A stretch of DNA of 64,000 bases from Macrostomum lignano (lineage: Eukaryota), in assembly GCA_002269645.1 (NCBI GenBank), contig NIVC01000240.1, forward strand, positions 496,001-560,000, given 5' to 3'. Shown one piece after another: positions 1 to 12,000 of the stretch. A program made the position numbers and the translations under genes. How positions within the stretch are numbered: position 1 is the stretch's first letter; each line of letters begins with the position of its first letter. The notes beneath the pieces are model-generated. The model had not been told where the DNA came from and made no database searches. It saw only the letters and a program-made list of their open reading frames with translations.

Positions 1-3000
1 AACTGCTCACGATTTTGTGAGCTGTCTGGAACAGCAGCGCACTGAGTTCATCTGGTATCCGGGACCCGAGCATCCCGTATTAATAGACGATCCCTGGGTT
101 CGAGTGCTCAGCGGATTCTTATTGGAACAGCAGTCGATCGGCTCGTTCTACTCACTGCGAGCAGCCTGGGTGTACGGCTTCGATAGGTTGAACTCCGTAT
201 TCCAGTACGTTGATCCCAACTCGCCGCAGAGTCAGCGAGCCTCCAGCCTGCTGAGGTCTGGCAGCCGGCCGCCCGGTGCAGACAGGGAGCAGTACATTCA
301 CCTGTGGCAGAACTATGTTGTGCTGTGCTGCACCCTGTGCCCGGACGACTCAGCACCCGTCATGATTGGCTCCGCCTCCGCAGCCGCGTCTTCATCATCC
401 GCTTCAGCTTCGACATCTTCATCTGCCGGCTCAGCCGCCGCTGTCAGACCGTCGGCTCGTCAGGATAAGCGAGGCACTCGGGATCTGGTGAAACTTTTAG
501 TGCCTCTGCTGCGCTGCGATCTCACGGATCTAAAAACTACCGTGATTGGCGGCCTAGGCAGGATGAATGCTAAAGGCTTTCGCGACTGCCTAGAAGAATT
601 GGTGCCGCTAATGCGGGAGGCCTGCGACAAGTCCGACAAGATGCGGCGAAAGAAACGGCGGGACACGCTTAAGTCTTGCCTATTGCGGCTGTTCGATTTG
701 GCTGCAAGAACTGGTTGCCTGAGATCGGCCGAGTCCGGGACTCGTACAGGCTATGGCTGTTTGATCTCGGCGCTGTTAGACTTTGTAGAAGGTGTTCGAC
801 ACTTTCTAGAGCGGGACGATTCACAGGTTGGTGTTGTGTTTTTGTTCAGAGCTCCTAGAGAGTGTACAGAGGTGCTGGTGTTAGCTGAGTGTACAGAGGT
901 GCTGTTGTTAGCTGAGTGTACAGAAGTGCTGGCCTTAGCTTCAGTGTACAGAGGTGCTGGGGTTAGCTTGAGTGTACAGAGGTGCTGGGGTTAGCTTGAG
1001 TGTACAGAGGTGCTGGGGTTAGCTGAGTGTACAGAGGTGCTGGTCTTAGCTGAGTGTACAGAGGTGCTGGTGTTAGCTGAGTGTACAGAGGTGCTGGTGT
1101 TAGCCTGAGTGTACAGCGGTGCTGGTCTTAGCTGAGTGTACAGAGGTGCTGGTGTTAGCTGAGTGTACAGAGGTGCTGGTGTTAGCCTGAGTGTACAGAG
1201 GTGCTGGTGTTAGCTGAGTGTACAGAGGTGCTGGTGTTAGCCTGAGTGTACAGCGGTGCTGGTGTTAGCCTGAGTGTACAGAGGTGCTGGTGTTAGCTGA
1301 GTGTACAGCGGTGCTGGTGTTAGCTGAGTGTACAGCGGTGCTGGTGTTAGCTGAGTGTACAGAGGTGCTGGTGTTAGCCTGAGTGTACAGCGGTGCTGGT
1401 GTTAGCTGAGTGTACAGAGGTGCAGGTCTTTGATCTTTGTTACTCGTCTATCAAGGGGGTTGTAGCCTAGTGGTTAGAGCGTCGGACTCACGACTGAAAG
1501 GTCAGGGGTTCGATTCTCAACCCTCTCGGAATACTTGTCTCTTAATTCTGCATTGCTTCATTTCACCCAGCTAGCTGTAAGATGGGGTAAATGAGGTTGT
1601 GTGTGGCGACCCCCCAATCCTTGGACAGCCTTCAGATGCGCCGCGTAATATTGCATCTGTTATATTTTTAACTCTGCAGGAAGCTGTGGAGCTCCGCCGT
1701 CACCTGTGCGACTTTCTCGCCAATCTGATTGGCCCAGCCGACCAGGAGGCCCGGACCCACCTGCTGGGTACCAGCGGCCAACTGCGGGTCGACCTGTTCC
1801 GCACGGTCTCCGCCTGGCTGCCGCCGTCGCTCAGCCCTCTCATGGCTTTCGTCTGCGGTGGAGACACCGCCGCCGCTGCCGTTGCCGCTTCGGCCGCGGC
1901 CGCCGTTGTTTCAGCGGCAGCAGCCGCGGCTTCTCATTCGCCGCCAATGCCGCAGGCGGTGCCGGCGCCGATGCAGCCGACCCAGTCGGCCTCTCTGTCG
2001 CTGTCGCCGCCGTCTGCCCCGCTGCCAGCAGCCGCCGACTCCGCCCTAGTTGAAGCCAACCTGTGCACCGTCCGCTGCCTGCTGGCCCTGCTGGCCTCCG
2101 GCCCGGGACTCGAGCGGGACTCCCGCACCGGCGAGCTGGGCATAGGCGAGATCCGCCTGCCGCGCCTCACCGCCTGGCTAGACGGCCTGCTGGCTTGTCG
2201 GCCGTCCGCCCAGCTGGCTCAGGACACCGTCTGCCAGCTGCTACTGTTGCTACTGGCCCACGACTCCGAGCAGGATGTTCGCGACCTCCTAGACTGGCTT
2301 GTCCACCGATGCTACACTGCGCCAGTCGGCACGCCCGCTTACATTCGCATCATCCTGACTGTGTTCACCGCTCAGCCGGATTTCCCATGCTACGATACCG
2401 TTATGCTGTGCCTGGCGATGCTGTTCTCCGGCTTGCCAGACCCGGCGGCCGCTCAACAGGCCAGCCACCTGTTCCAGCTGCTCTATCACCGGTTCTATCT
2501 GGAGGGGAAGGATGCGTCTAATGAGAGGGAGGCGTTCTATCGGTGGGTTTAAATTCATTTTGCTGGGCTTTTTATCTTTGGTAATTGCTGTATTGTTTTT
2601 TTACCTCATTTCTGTCGATAATTAACCCTAATTCGTCGAGTATCCCTCCTGTTTCCTCCCAAAATCGCCGTGTTAATAAATTCTACCCACTATCGAATTT
2701 TAACTACTTTGATGATCAACCTATAATCTCCTTAAATAATCGCTCTATAATCTCCTCCAATAATCGCCCTATAATCTCCTGCAGTAATCGCCCCATAATC
2801 TCCTCAAATAATCGCCCCATAATCTCCTCCAATAATCGCCCCATAATGTCCTCCAATAATCGCCCCATAATCTCCTCAAATAATCGTCCCATAATCTCCT
2901 TCAATAATCGCCCCATAATCTCCTCCAATAATCGCCCCATAATCTCCTTCAATTCCCACAGCCGCATTCCATGCCTTCGCGCGGAAACTCTAAGCGCCGA

Positions 3001-6000
3001 ATTCGCCGTCCTCCACGCCCAAGACCTGACCATGAGCGTCTTCTCCGAGCTTACCAGGCGCTGCGAGGAGGCCCGGCCGCCGCTGAAGCAGATCATCTTC
3101 CGCCTGCTGCTGCCCTGGCTGAGACCGATCGAGCTCAGCTTAGACCGGGACGCCATACCAGCCACCTCGGGCGGCTACGGTTCTATCGAGGCGTCGGAAA
3201 TGATTTTAAATAATCTGGTGGTGCTCACGCATCAGATTGGGGATTTGTTCCCATTCGAATTGGAGGCAATCTGGCAGGGCCTTGTGCGAAGCAGCGCGGA
3301 TCATTCTAATTTGAAGGTTGGTTATTTTCTGGAAATTTTATTGATTTTTGTGTTAGAAAACTGCAAATAAGAATTGATTTCTTAGAAACTAGTTGATTTT
3401 CTGACATCATGTTAGCTTTATTGAAAATTACGATTTTTTAAAACAAAAATGTTCAAATTCTAAGAAATTTCTAGGAAAATTTGCAGCTTCTTAGAAAGTA
3501 TGATGGCTTTCTAAGAAAACGGTGAGTTTCTCGTAGATTTGGATCAGTTTCTAGGAAAATTGTCTGCTTCTTGAAAAATATGAATTTCTAAGAAAACGGT
3601 GAGTTTCTCGTAGATTTGTCAGTTTCTAGAAAAATTGTCTGCTTGAAAAGTATGATTTCTAAAAAAACGGTGAGTTTCTCGTAGATTTGGATCAGTTTCT
3701 AGGAAAATTGTCTGCTTCTTGAAAAATATGAATTTCTAAGAAAACAATGAGTTTCTCGTAGATTTGGATCAGTTTCTAGAAAAATTGTCTGCTTCTTGAA
3801 AAATATGAATTTCTAAGAAAACAATGAGTTTCTCGTAGATTTGGATCAGTTTCTAGGAAAATTGTCTGCTTCTTGAAAAATATGAATTTCTAAGAAAACA
3901 ATGAGTTTCTCGTAGATTTGGATCAGTTTCTAGAAAAATTGTCTGCTTCTTGAAAAATATGAATTTCTAAGAAAACAATGAGTTTCTCGTAGATTTGGAT
4001 CAGTTTCTAGAAAAATTGTCTGCTTCTTGAAAAATATGAATTTCTAAGAAAACAATGAGTTTCTCGTAGATTTGGATCAGTTTCTAGAAAAATTGTCTGC
4101 TTCTTGAAAAATATGAATTTCTAAGAAAACAATGAGTTTCTCGTAGATTTAGATCAGTTTCTAGAAAAATTGTCTGCTTCTTGAAAAATATGAATTTCTA
4201 AGAAAACAATGAGTTTCTCGTATACTTTTATTCTATAGGAAAATTTGTAGTTTCATGGAAAGTATGAAATTCTAAGAAAACAGTGAGTTTGTCGTAGATT
4301 GGCAGTTTCTAGGAAAATTGTCGGCTTCGCGTAACAAATGTTGGGAAAGGCTATGCAAACGAACGTAGATTCAATTCTCACTCTGTCCACACGCCAGACA
4401 ATCATCCGCTACATCCTGGCCGTGACCAGCCTATCGCCGGACGCCCTGCTGCCAACAGCTCGCCGCATAGCAGTCTACGCGCTGCGCAAGGAGCCGCGCA
4501 GCACAGTTGACGAACTGCTAGCCGAACTGCGCTGCCTGGACGATCGGGGCAGCTGGGCTGTTGAACGGTTGCCCAGCCGGCCGTATATTAAATACTCGGA
4601 CAGAGGCCCGGCCAGTCAGCAGCTCTGGTCGGACAAATATGCCACTTTAAGGGCGTGCCCGGCGCCTAAGCCGCTGGATATGCCGCCCTATGGCGGTCAC
4701 TTTGCCAATTTGGATCGCTACCTGACCCAGGAGGAGGTGCTCAGCGCTGAACAGTTTTTTCATTGCGCAGTGGCGCTTCTGCTTACAGGTGAGCGATGCT
4801 TGTGAGTATTTATATGCTGACAAGAGCGAGTGTCTCTCAGTATTTCTTGTATAGTAGTATAGTAGCTAGCTCTAATATATCTAATATTGGCGACTCTTGG
4901 GTGTTCTTCAAATCGGTGCGACAGTCTGACAGGTAGAGGTGACTTTTGTAACAGGTGATCCCACTGTCTAACAGGTGATGCTCCTGTCTAACAGGTGATG
5001 CCACTGTCTAACAGGTGATGCTCCTGTCTAACAGGTGATGCTCCTGTCTAACAGGTGATGCTCCTGTCTAACAGGTGATGCTCCTGTCTAACAGGTGATG
5101 CCTCTGTCCAACAGGTGATGCCCCTATCTAACAGGTGATGCTCCTGTCTAACAGGTGATGCCTCTGTCTAACAGGTGATGCCCCTATCTAACAGGTGATG
5201 CTCCTGTCTAACAGGTGATGCCTCTGTCTAACAGGTGATGCTCCTGTCTAACAGGTGATGCTCCTGTCTAACAGGTGATGCTCCTGTCTAACAGCTGATG
5301 CCCCTGTCTAACAGGTAATGCCCCCTGTCTAACAGGTGATGCCCCTGTCTAACAGGTGATGCCACTTTCTAGCAGGTAATGCCCCTGTCTAACAGGTGAT
5401 GCTCCTGTCTAACAGGTGATGCTCCTGTCTAACAGGTGATGCTCCTGTCTAACAGGTGATGCTCCTGTCTAACAGGTGGTGCTCCTGTCTAACAGGTAAT
5501 GCTCCTGTCTAACAGGTGATGCCCCTGTCTAACAGGTAATGCCCCTGTCTAACAGGTGATGCCCCTATCTAACAGGTGATGCTCCTGTCTAACAGCTGAT
5601 GCCCCTGTCTAACAGGTGATGCCACTTTCTAGCAGGTAATGCCCCTGTCTAACAGGTGATGCCCCTGTCTAACAGGTGATGCCCCTGTCTAACAGCTGAT
5701 GTCCCTGTCTAACAGGTAATGCCCCCTGTCTAACAGGTGATGCCCCTGTCTAACAGGTGATGCCACTTTCTAGCAGGTAATGCCCCTGTCTAACAGGTGA
5801 TGCTCCTGTCTAACAGGTGATGCTCCTGTCTAACAGGTGATGCTCCTGTCTAACAGGTGATGCTCCTGTCTAACAGGTGATGCCACTTTCTAGCAGGTAA
5901 TGCCCCTGTCTAACAGGTAATTCCCCTGTCTAACAGGTGATGCCCCTGTCTAACAGGTAATTCCCCTGTCTAACAGGTGATGCTCCTGTCTAACAGGTGA

Positions 6001-9000
6001 TGCCCCTATCTAACAGGTGATGCTCCTGTCTAACAGGTGATGCCCCTATCTAACAGGTGATGCCCCTGTCTAACAGGTGATGCCACTTTCTAGCAGGTGA
6101 TGCCCCTGTCTAGAATGTAGGTGAATGGCTTTCTAAAAGCCAATGCTCCTGCCGAACAAATGATGGCCGAGTCTAACATATGATTCCCTGTCTAACAGAC
6201 GAATCACTTATTCTAACAGATATGCACGCAGCAGCAGTACAGAGTTCCAAAACTGTTTGCTCCCCTGTTCAGCAGGCGGGTGTCTGGTTAAGTTTTAAGC
6301 TTTTCCACTCCGCCTCTTTCTACCCAAGGCGACCTGGTGCAGGACCGGCCCGATGTGGACTGGCGGGGCTACTCCGGGCCGAGCCGAGTGGAACTGAAGC
6401 GGCTGCCGACTCTGCTGCACGCCTGCGTGCTGGCTATGGACCACGCTAAGCCAAGAGTTCATATGGAGGCCCGTCTTGTACTGCTGCAGCTGTGCACTGT
6501 GCTCTATCCGACCTCCGATGTGTTCCGGCACGCTCTGCTTAGCCTGAGGGGCTCCCCTGTGGGAGAGGTGGCTATTAAGGTAATGGTTGATATTTTAATG
6601 AATTACCCTATAATCTAGCTCATAGTATGAGATCCATACATCTTGACGCAGAATTTGAAGCTCTAGACACGGAATTCGAAGATCTAGACATGGACTTCAA
6701 AATCTAGACACAGAATTTGAAGATCTAGGCACGGAATTCGAAGATCTAGACATGGACTTCAAAATCTAGACACAGAATTTGAAGATCTAGACACGGAATT
6801 CAAAGATCTAGACATGGAACTTGAAGATCTAGATACGATATTTAAAGATCTAGACACGGAATTCGAAGATCTAGACATGAAATTCAAAATCTAGACACAG
6901 AATTCGAAGATCTAGGCACGGAATTCGAAGATCTAGACATGGAACTTGAAGATCTAGGAACAAAATTTGAAGATCTAGATACGATATTTAAAGATCTAGA
7001 CATCGGAACTCGAAAATCTAGACACGGACTTCGAATATTTAGACACAGAATTCGAAGATCTAGACAAAAATCTACAATAAAATCTATAGACAGAATTTAA
7101 GTAAAATCGAACGTCGAAATCAAAATTTTTAGTGTCCAAATTCATTATATTAGATTTTATCTTACATTAGATTCGAGGGGTTCGTAGCTTAAGTGGTCTG
7201 GCGCGGTGCTTTGATGTGCCAGGAGCTCAGGTTTGATTCCAAGTGCAGTCACATTTATTTGGGACTAAATTAGAATCTCGGCCTTGGCTTTGCTCGTGCA
7301 AATTAACGCCCTTAAGGGCCAAACTTGGGGCACAGCGAAGTGAACATGTCTGCGAGTGTGTGCCTGTGCGTATGACTGCGTACGTATCCGCGTGCTTGTA
7401 TGCCTGCTCAGGGGAGTCGGAATAGGCGGCAATGCCTCTCACCGGTTGTGTGTCAATGTCGCTTAAAGTGCATTAGATTCCAAGATCGAAGTCCTAGTCT
7501 CAGATTTATTCTATTGGGGCATTCTCTAAACCGTTCTCTAATTCTTTCACGCCCAGGCGTCGCCCTCGCTGACCACCCTGACGCCGGACCAGAGCCAGCC
7601 GGATCAGCGAGTCTCGGCCTATCTGGTGGAAGGCGGCGGCGCTCGCCAACTGACCGAGCTGCTCACTAAGGAGCCCGGCAAGCCGCTGCTCCAACGTGAC
7701 GACGCTTATTTGCAGGCCAGGGCCTGCGCTTGTGCCGTTGTCGGCGTAGTGAATGTCGGCGGTCCTGGCGGCGCAACAGCCAGCGGAGCTTCAGCGGCAG
7801 GCGGTGTCGGCACGTCGGCTTCAATTTGCACCCTGGCTGAGCTGGTGCAACTGCTAGGCAGCACTTTTGGCGAATCGGTGGACTGGGCAGAGTACGCCTT
7901 GGTCGCCGGCCTGTCCTGCGCTAGTCGGCACTATGCCGGCAGGTCGCTCCAGGTGCGACTTCCGTTATTGCTTTATTCGTCTCTGTTTTTTCAAAGACTG
8001 ATTGAAGATCAAAACAGGCCGGACCTACGACTCTAGAACGTCTCAGATACGACCTACGGCCCCAGAGTCATTTGCGTCGCTCCAGTTTCAGAGTTTAATA
8101 AAACGCCTTAAATTGTCGTTTAGGCTATTGCAAATTGCTTTGACAAATTTTGGTGACTTGTACCGTGAAATCTCATCTATTTAAAGTCGTCTAGAGTCAC
8201 TTCTTCCTATTTTACCTGTGCTACCTGCAACGACTCTGGGGCGACACCAGTGACTCTGAACGCTTCTTTACCTAGTTACCGTTTTAATTCATCAAAACTC
8301 TTTGTTTCAATGGATTTATAGCAGCTCTTTGTTTTGATCTCGAGTCAGTCTTTGTTTTGATCTCGAGTCAGTCTTTGTTTATATTTATCTATAGTTACTC
8401 TTTGTTTTGATCTCGAGTCGGTCTTTGTTTAGATTGATCTATAGTTACTCTTTGTTTTGATCTCGAGTCGGTCTTTGTTTATATTTATCTATAGTTACTC
8501 TTTGTTTTGATCTCGAGTCGGTCTTTGTTTATATTTATCTATAGTTACTCTTTGTTTTGATCTCGAGTCGGTCTTTTTTTAGATTGATTAGATTGATCTA
8601 TAGCAGCTCTTTGTTTTGATCTCGAGTCAAGTCTTTGTTTAGATCTGTTTATTTCTACATACATAAAGCGTCAGTGTTCAATTTCTGCTCCCGACATGTA
8701 TCGAAAATAAATATAAAGCAAGGCAAATTCCATCAACTCATCAACTGTCTCAGGTGTTCCGAGCTCTCGGCCAGCCACTGAGCATGGCCAGATTAGGCGA
8801 TCTGACCCAGCGCCTAATCGAGACGGTCTCCGAACCCGGCGAAGATCAGTGCTACGTTCGAGAGCTGCTCCTAACCCTGGATAGCTGCGTGCGATTCGCT
8901 AACTGTTCCCCAGCCTCTGCGCTGCATCATAGCCAGCAGCAGCAGCAGAGAACTCACACATCGAATTCTCAGTCGCAATCGTCAACTCGAACTGGCACTC

Positions 9001-12000
9001 CTGGCAGCGGAGGCGACGGCTCAATAATGGTTAAATCAACTACAGAACTGCAGAATCGTCAATCGCCTGTGCAGCTTCCCAAACAGCTTCATCATCAGCA
9101 GCAACAGCACCTCATAGATGAGTCCGACCCGCAGCAGCAGCACATTCGATCCACCAGCTACACTGCAGGCATATCGCACGGCAGTCCAGCGCACAATCAG
9201 CACTCTGTCGGAGCTGCGTCAGCTGTCAACTCTGCGGCGTCTGCCGCTGGCGCGTCGAGCAGGCATCATCGAGCCGTGACAGTGACGGACTTGTCCTACA
9301 CCAAGGAGGCCTCCGGATTGGCTGCCTCGTCCGGTTCTAGCAGCGGATTGGCTAGGCGGCTGGCCAATCAGGCTGACGAGAGATTCTCGGTGCTTTGGTG
9401 GATATCCGTGTGCCTGCTGGAGTCCGATGTGAGCAGCGCCGTCTTATGTATCCTCACTCAAGCCCAAGAGTGCACATGCCACAACCCATGATTTTGGAGG
9501 TGAGGTGGGTGTCAACCATTCTCGCCTCTCATTGGCTGGCGCCCCCAGGAATTCGTAATATCCAATAAGCACCGATATGTACGCGCCCCGCAGGCGCCCC
9601 GATATGTACTTATTGATTTTGTATTCATCGATACGTACGAGTAGTTATTAACAATTAACAAAAAGTAGGCTAGTGAAAACTACTTATAGTAGTCTAAATT
9701 GCGTATATTTTCACATATTGACGCATATTAAACATAAATATGAGCAGCAAAATAAGCAGCGCGGGCGCCGAGCGCCAATATCGATATGCGTATCCGGTTC
9801 CTGGGGGGCACCAGCCAATGGGAGGCGAGGAGGTTTGACACCCACCTCACCTCCAAAATCATGCCAAACGGAAGTCCTTAGTAGTTATGTGCTCAACAGT
9901 CAGCGGAATGGGCAGCATTGCCGTCAGCGCTGGTTGTGGGACGATGTCGCCGAAGGCATAGCGACAGGATTCCCGCAGCCCCTCCATGCCAATAATATTT
10001 GTTTTATCCAACCCATCGCACCTGTACAGGTGGAGCACGAGCTCACGCTGTCTCTGCGCATACTCGGCCAGCTGGTCGACCGGCTTCAGGAGCAGCACCA
10101 GCCGCCTAGGCTGCGCTTCGAATGGCCCGACTATCCTGGTCTGGTGCGCCTCCTCGGCCGGGCCTGCTGCCCGTCCGCTCCGGCCCTGGTTGAGCCGGCC
10201 TTTGCCGTGATGTGCCGCCTGCCGCGCCTGCTAATGTCGCCCGTCACAGAGCCGCGCGGCGCTGAAAGCGGCTTCGCGTCGCTAACGCTGCAACTGCTGC
10301 CCTACCTGCTGCTGCACTATGACAATTCGCCGCAGCAAGCCAGAGACGCGGCCGCCAGGCTGGGCACCTTCGGCCAGGACAGCTGGCCAGATGCCACCAG
10401 CCAGCTTAGCGTGGTGCTGGCGCAGTACAGCAGGAATTCCTTCACCCGCGATGCTGGGCAATGGTGCCGCTGCGTTTGCCGCTATCTGTGCGACGCTTTC
10501 CCCGGGCTGGGCCCGGCTCTGGTGCGCCAGGCTCTCGGTCAGCTGGAGGCCTGGCCAGCCGTGCTGCTGCCGCACTCGCAGGGCGCTCTGCACGCACTGT
10601 TGAGCAATGTTGATTTGACGGAGGAGGTGGCGAGGCCCTTGGTGCACATACTGACTAGGCAGATTGCCCACGGCTGCGGTGACACCATGCGACTGCATGC
10701 GGTACGGCTTCTGTGTGAACCTGCCTTGAGATCCTGACTATCCACTGAGATCTATTTTCCACCCTGAGATTCCCTCCTGTTATCCACTTTGAAATTCCCC
10801 TGTTATCTAATCTGGAATTTCCCTGTCATCCAATCTCAAATTCCCCTGTTATCCAATTTGAAATTCCCCTGTTATCCAATTTGAAATTCCCCTGTTATCT
10901 AATCTCAAATTCCCCTGTTATCCAATCTCAAATTCCCCTGTTATCCAATCTCAAATTTCCCTGTTATACAACTTGAAATTCCCCTGTTATCCAATTTGAA
11001 ATTCCCCTGTTATCCAATCTCAAATTCCCCTGTTATCCAATCTCAAATTTCCCTGTTATCCAATTTGAAATTCCCCTGTTATCCAATCTCAAATTCCCCT
11101 GTTATCCAATTTGAAATTCCCCTGTTATCTAATTTAAAATTTCCCTGTTAATCAGCATGAGTTTTAGACTCCAAGAGCCCGTAGAATCGCTCATTAACGA
11201 TCGCCAAACAACAGTAGAAATTACCCAACCAGCTAGTATACCATTCCAAAATTCACTAAAAATAATCCACCTACCTGCAACCCAACACGCAGATTCTCAA
11301 GCACCTGGTGTTCAAGTCCAGCAGCGTGCCGCCCGCCTCGCACACGAAGCACCCGCTTGTGCTGCCGCTGGTCCCCCTGCCAGAGGCTGAGCCGCCGCGT
11401 CGCGAACTCCCAGGCCGAACTCTCAACTTCACCTTCGACGTTCGCTCGGAAGATCAAATTGGCGGTGCTGCTCAATCGGCTCAGCAGCAGCAGCAGCAGC
11501 ATCATCCAGCTGCCGCAGCTTCCACAGCGTCTATGGCTTCGGCTGTGTCGGCACCGCCAGCCATCGGCGGCGGCGGAGGCGGCTCTCTGTCTTCCTCCGA
11601 CAGCGGCAGCGGCGGCTGTGGTGAGAAGCGCTCTCTGGCTAGCGGAGGTGGCGGCGGCGGCGGTGGCAGCAGCAGCGGTGGCGGCGGCGGCACTAGCGGC
11701 GGCGATCGGCACCTGCCGCAGGTGCCCCGAGTTCGAATCCGGCTGGTTGCCCTGTGCGCCGGCTATTTTGGCGCCCGAGCCGGCCTGCCAAAGTCTCCAT
11801 CGGTGAGTTGGGATTGCCGCGATTTGGTTTTTGTTTTGCATTCCCAGTTTTGTTTTGCCGATTTTCGCAGTGTGTATTTACTGATATGCTTTTCCTGATT
11901 CATTTAATACGAGGGCATGGAAACAGGAGCAGGAAGACAGAGTAAGGGAGATAAAAGTGGATTTTTACAGTTTTCCAAGAAAGCAAAGAGTGACAGGCAG

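Noticed and set aside
1455-1530. tRNA gene call
   Set aside because: Acceptor stem does not pair and it runs into a SINE body with a second copy.
11908-11920. TACGAGGGC mariner-TIR-like start
   Set aside because: No partner end and no extended similarity.
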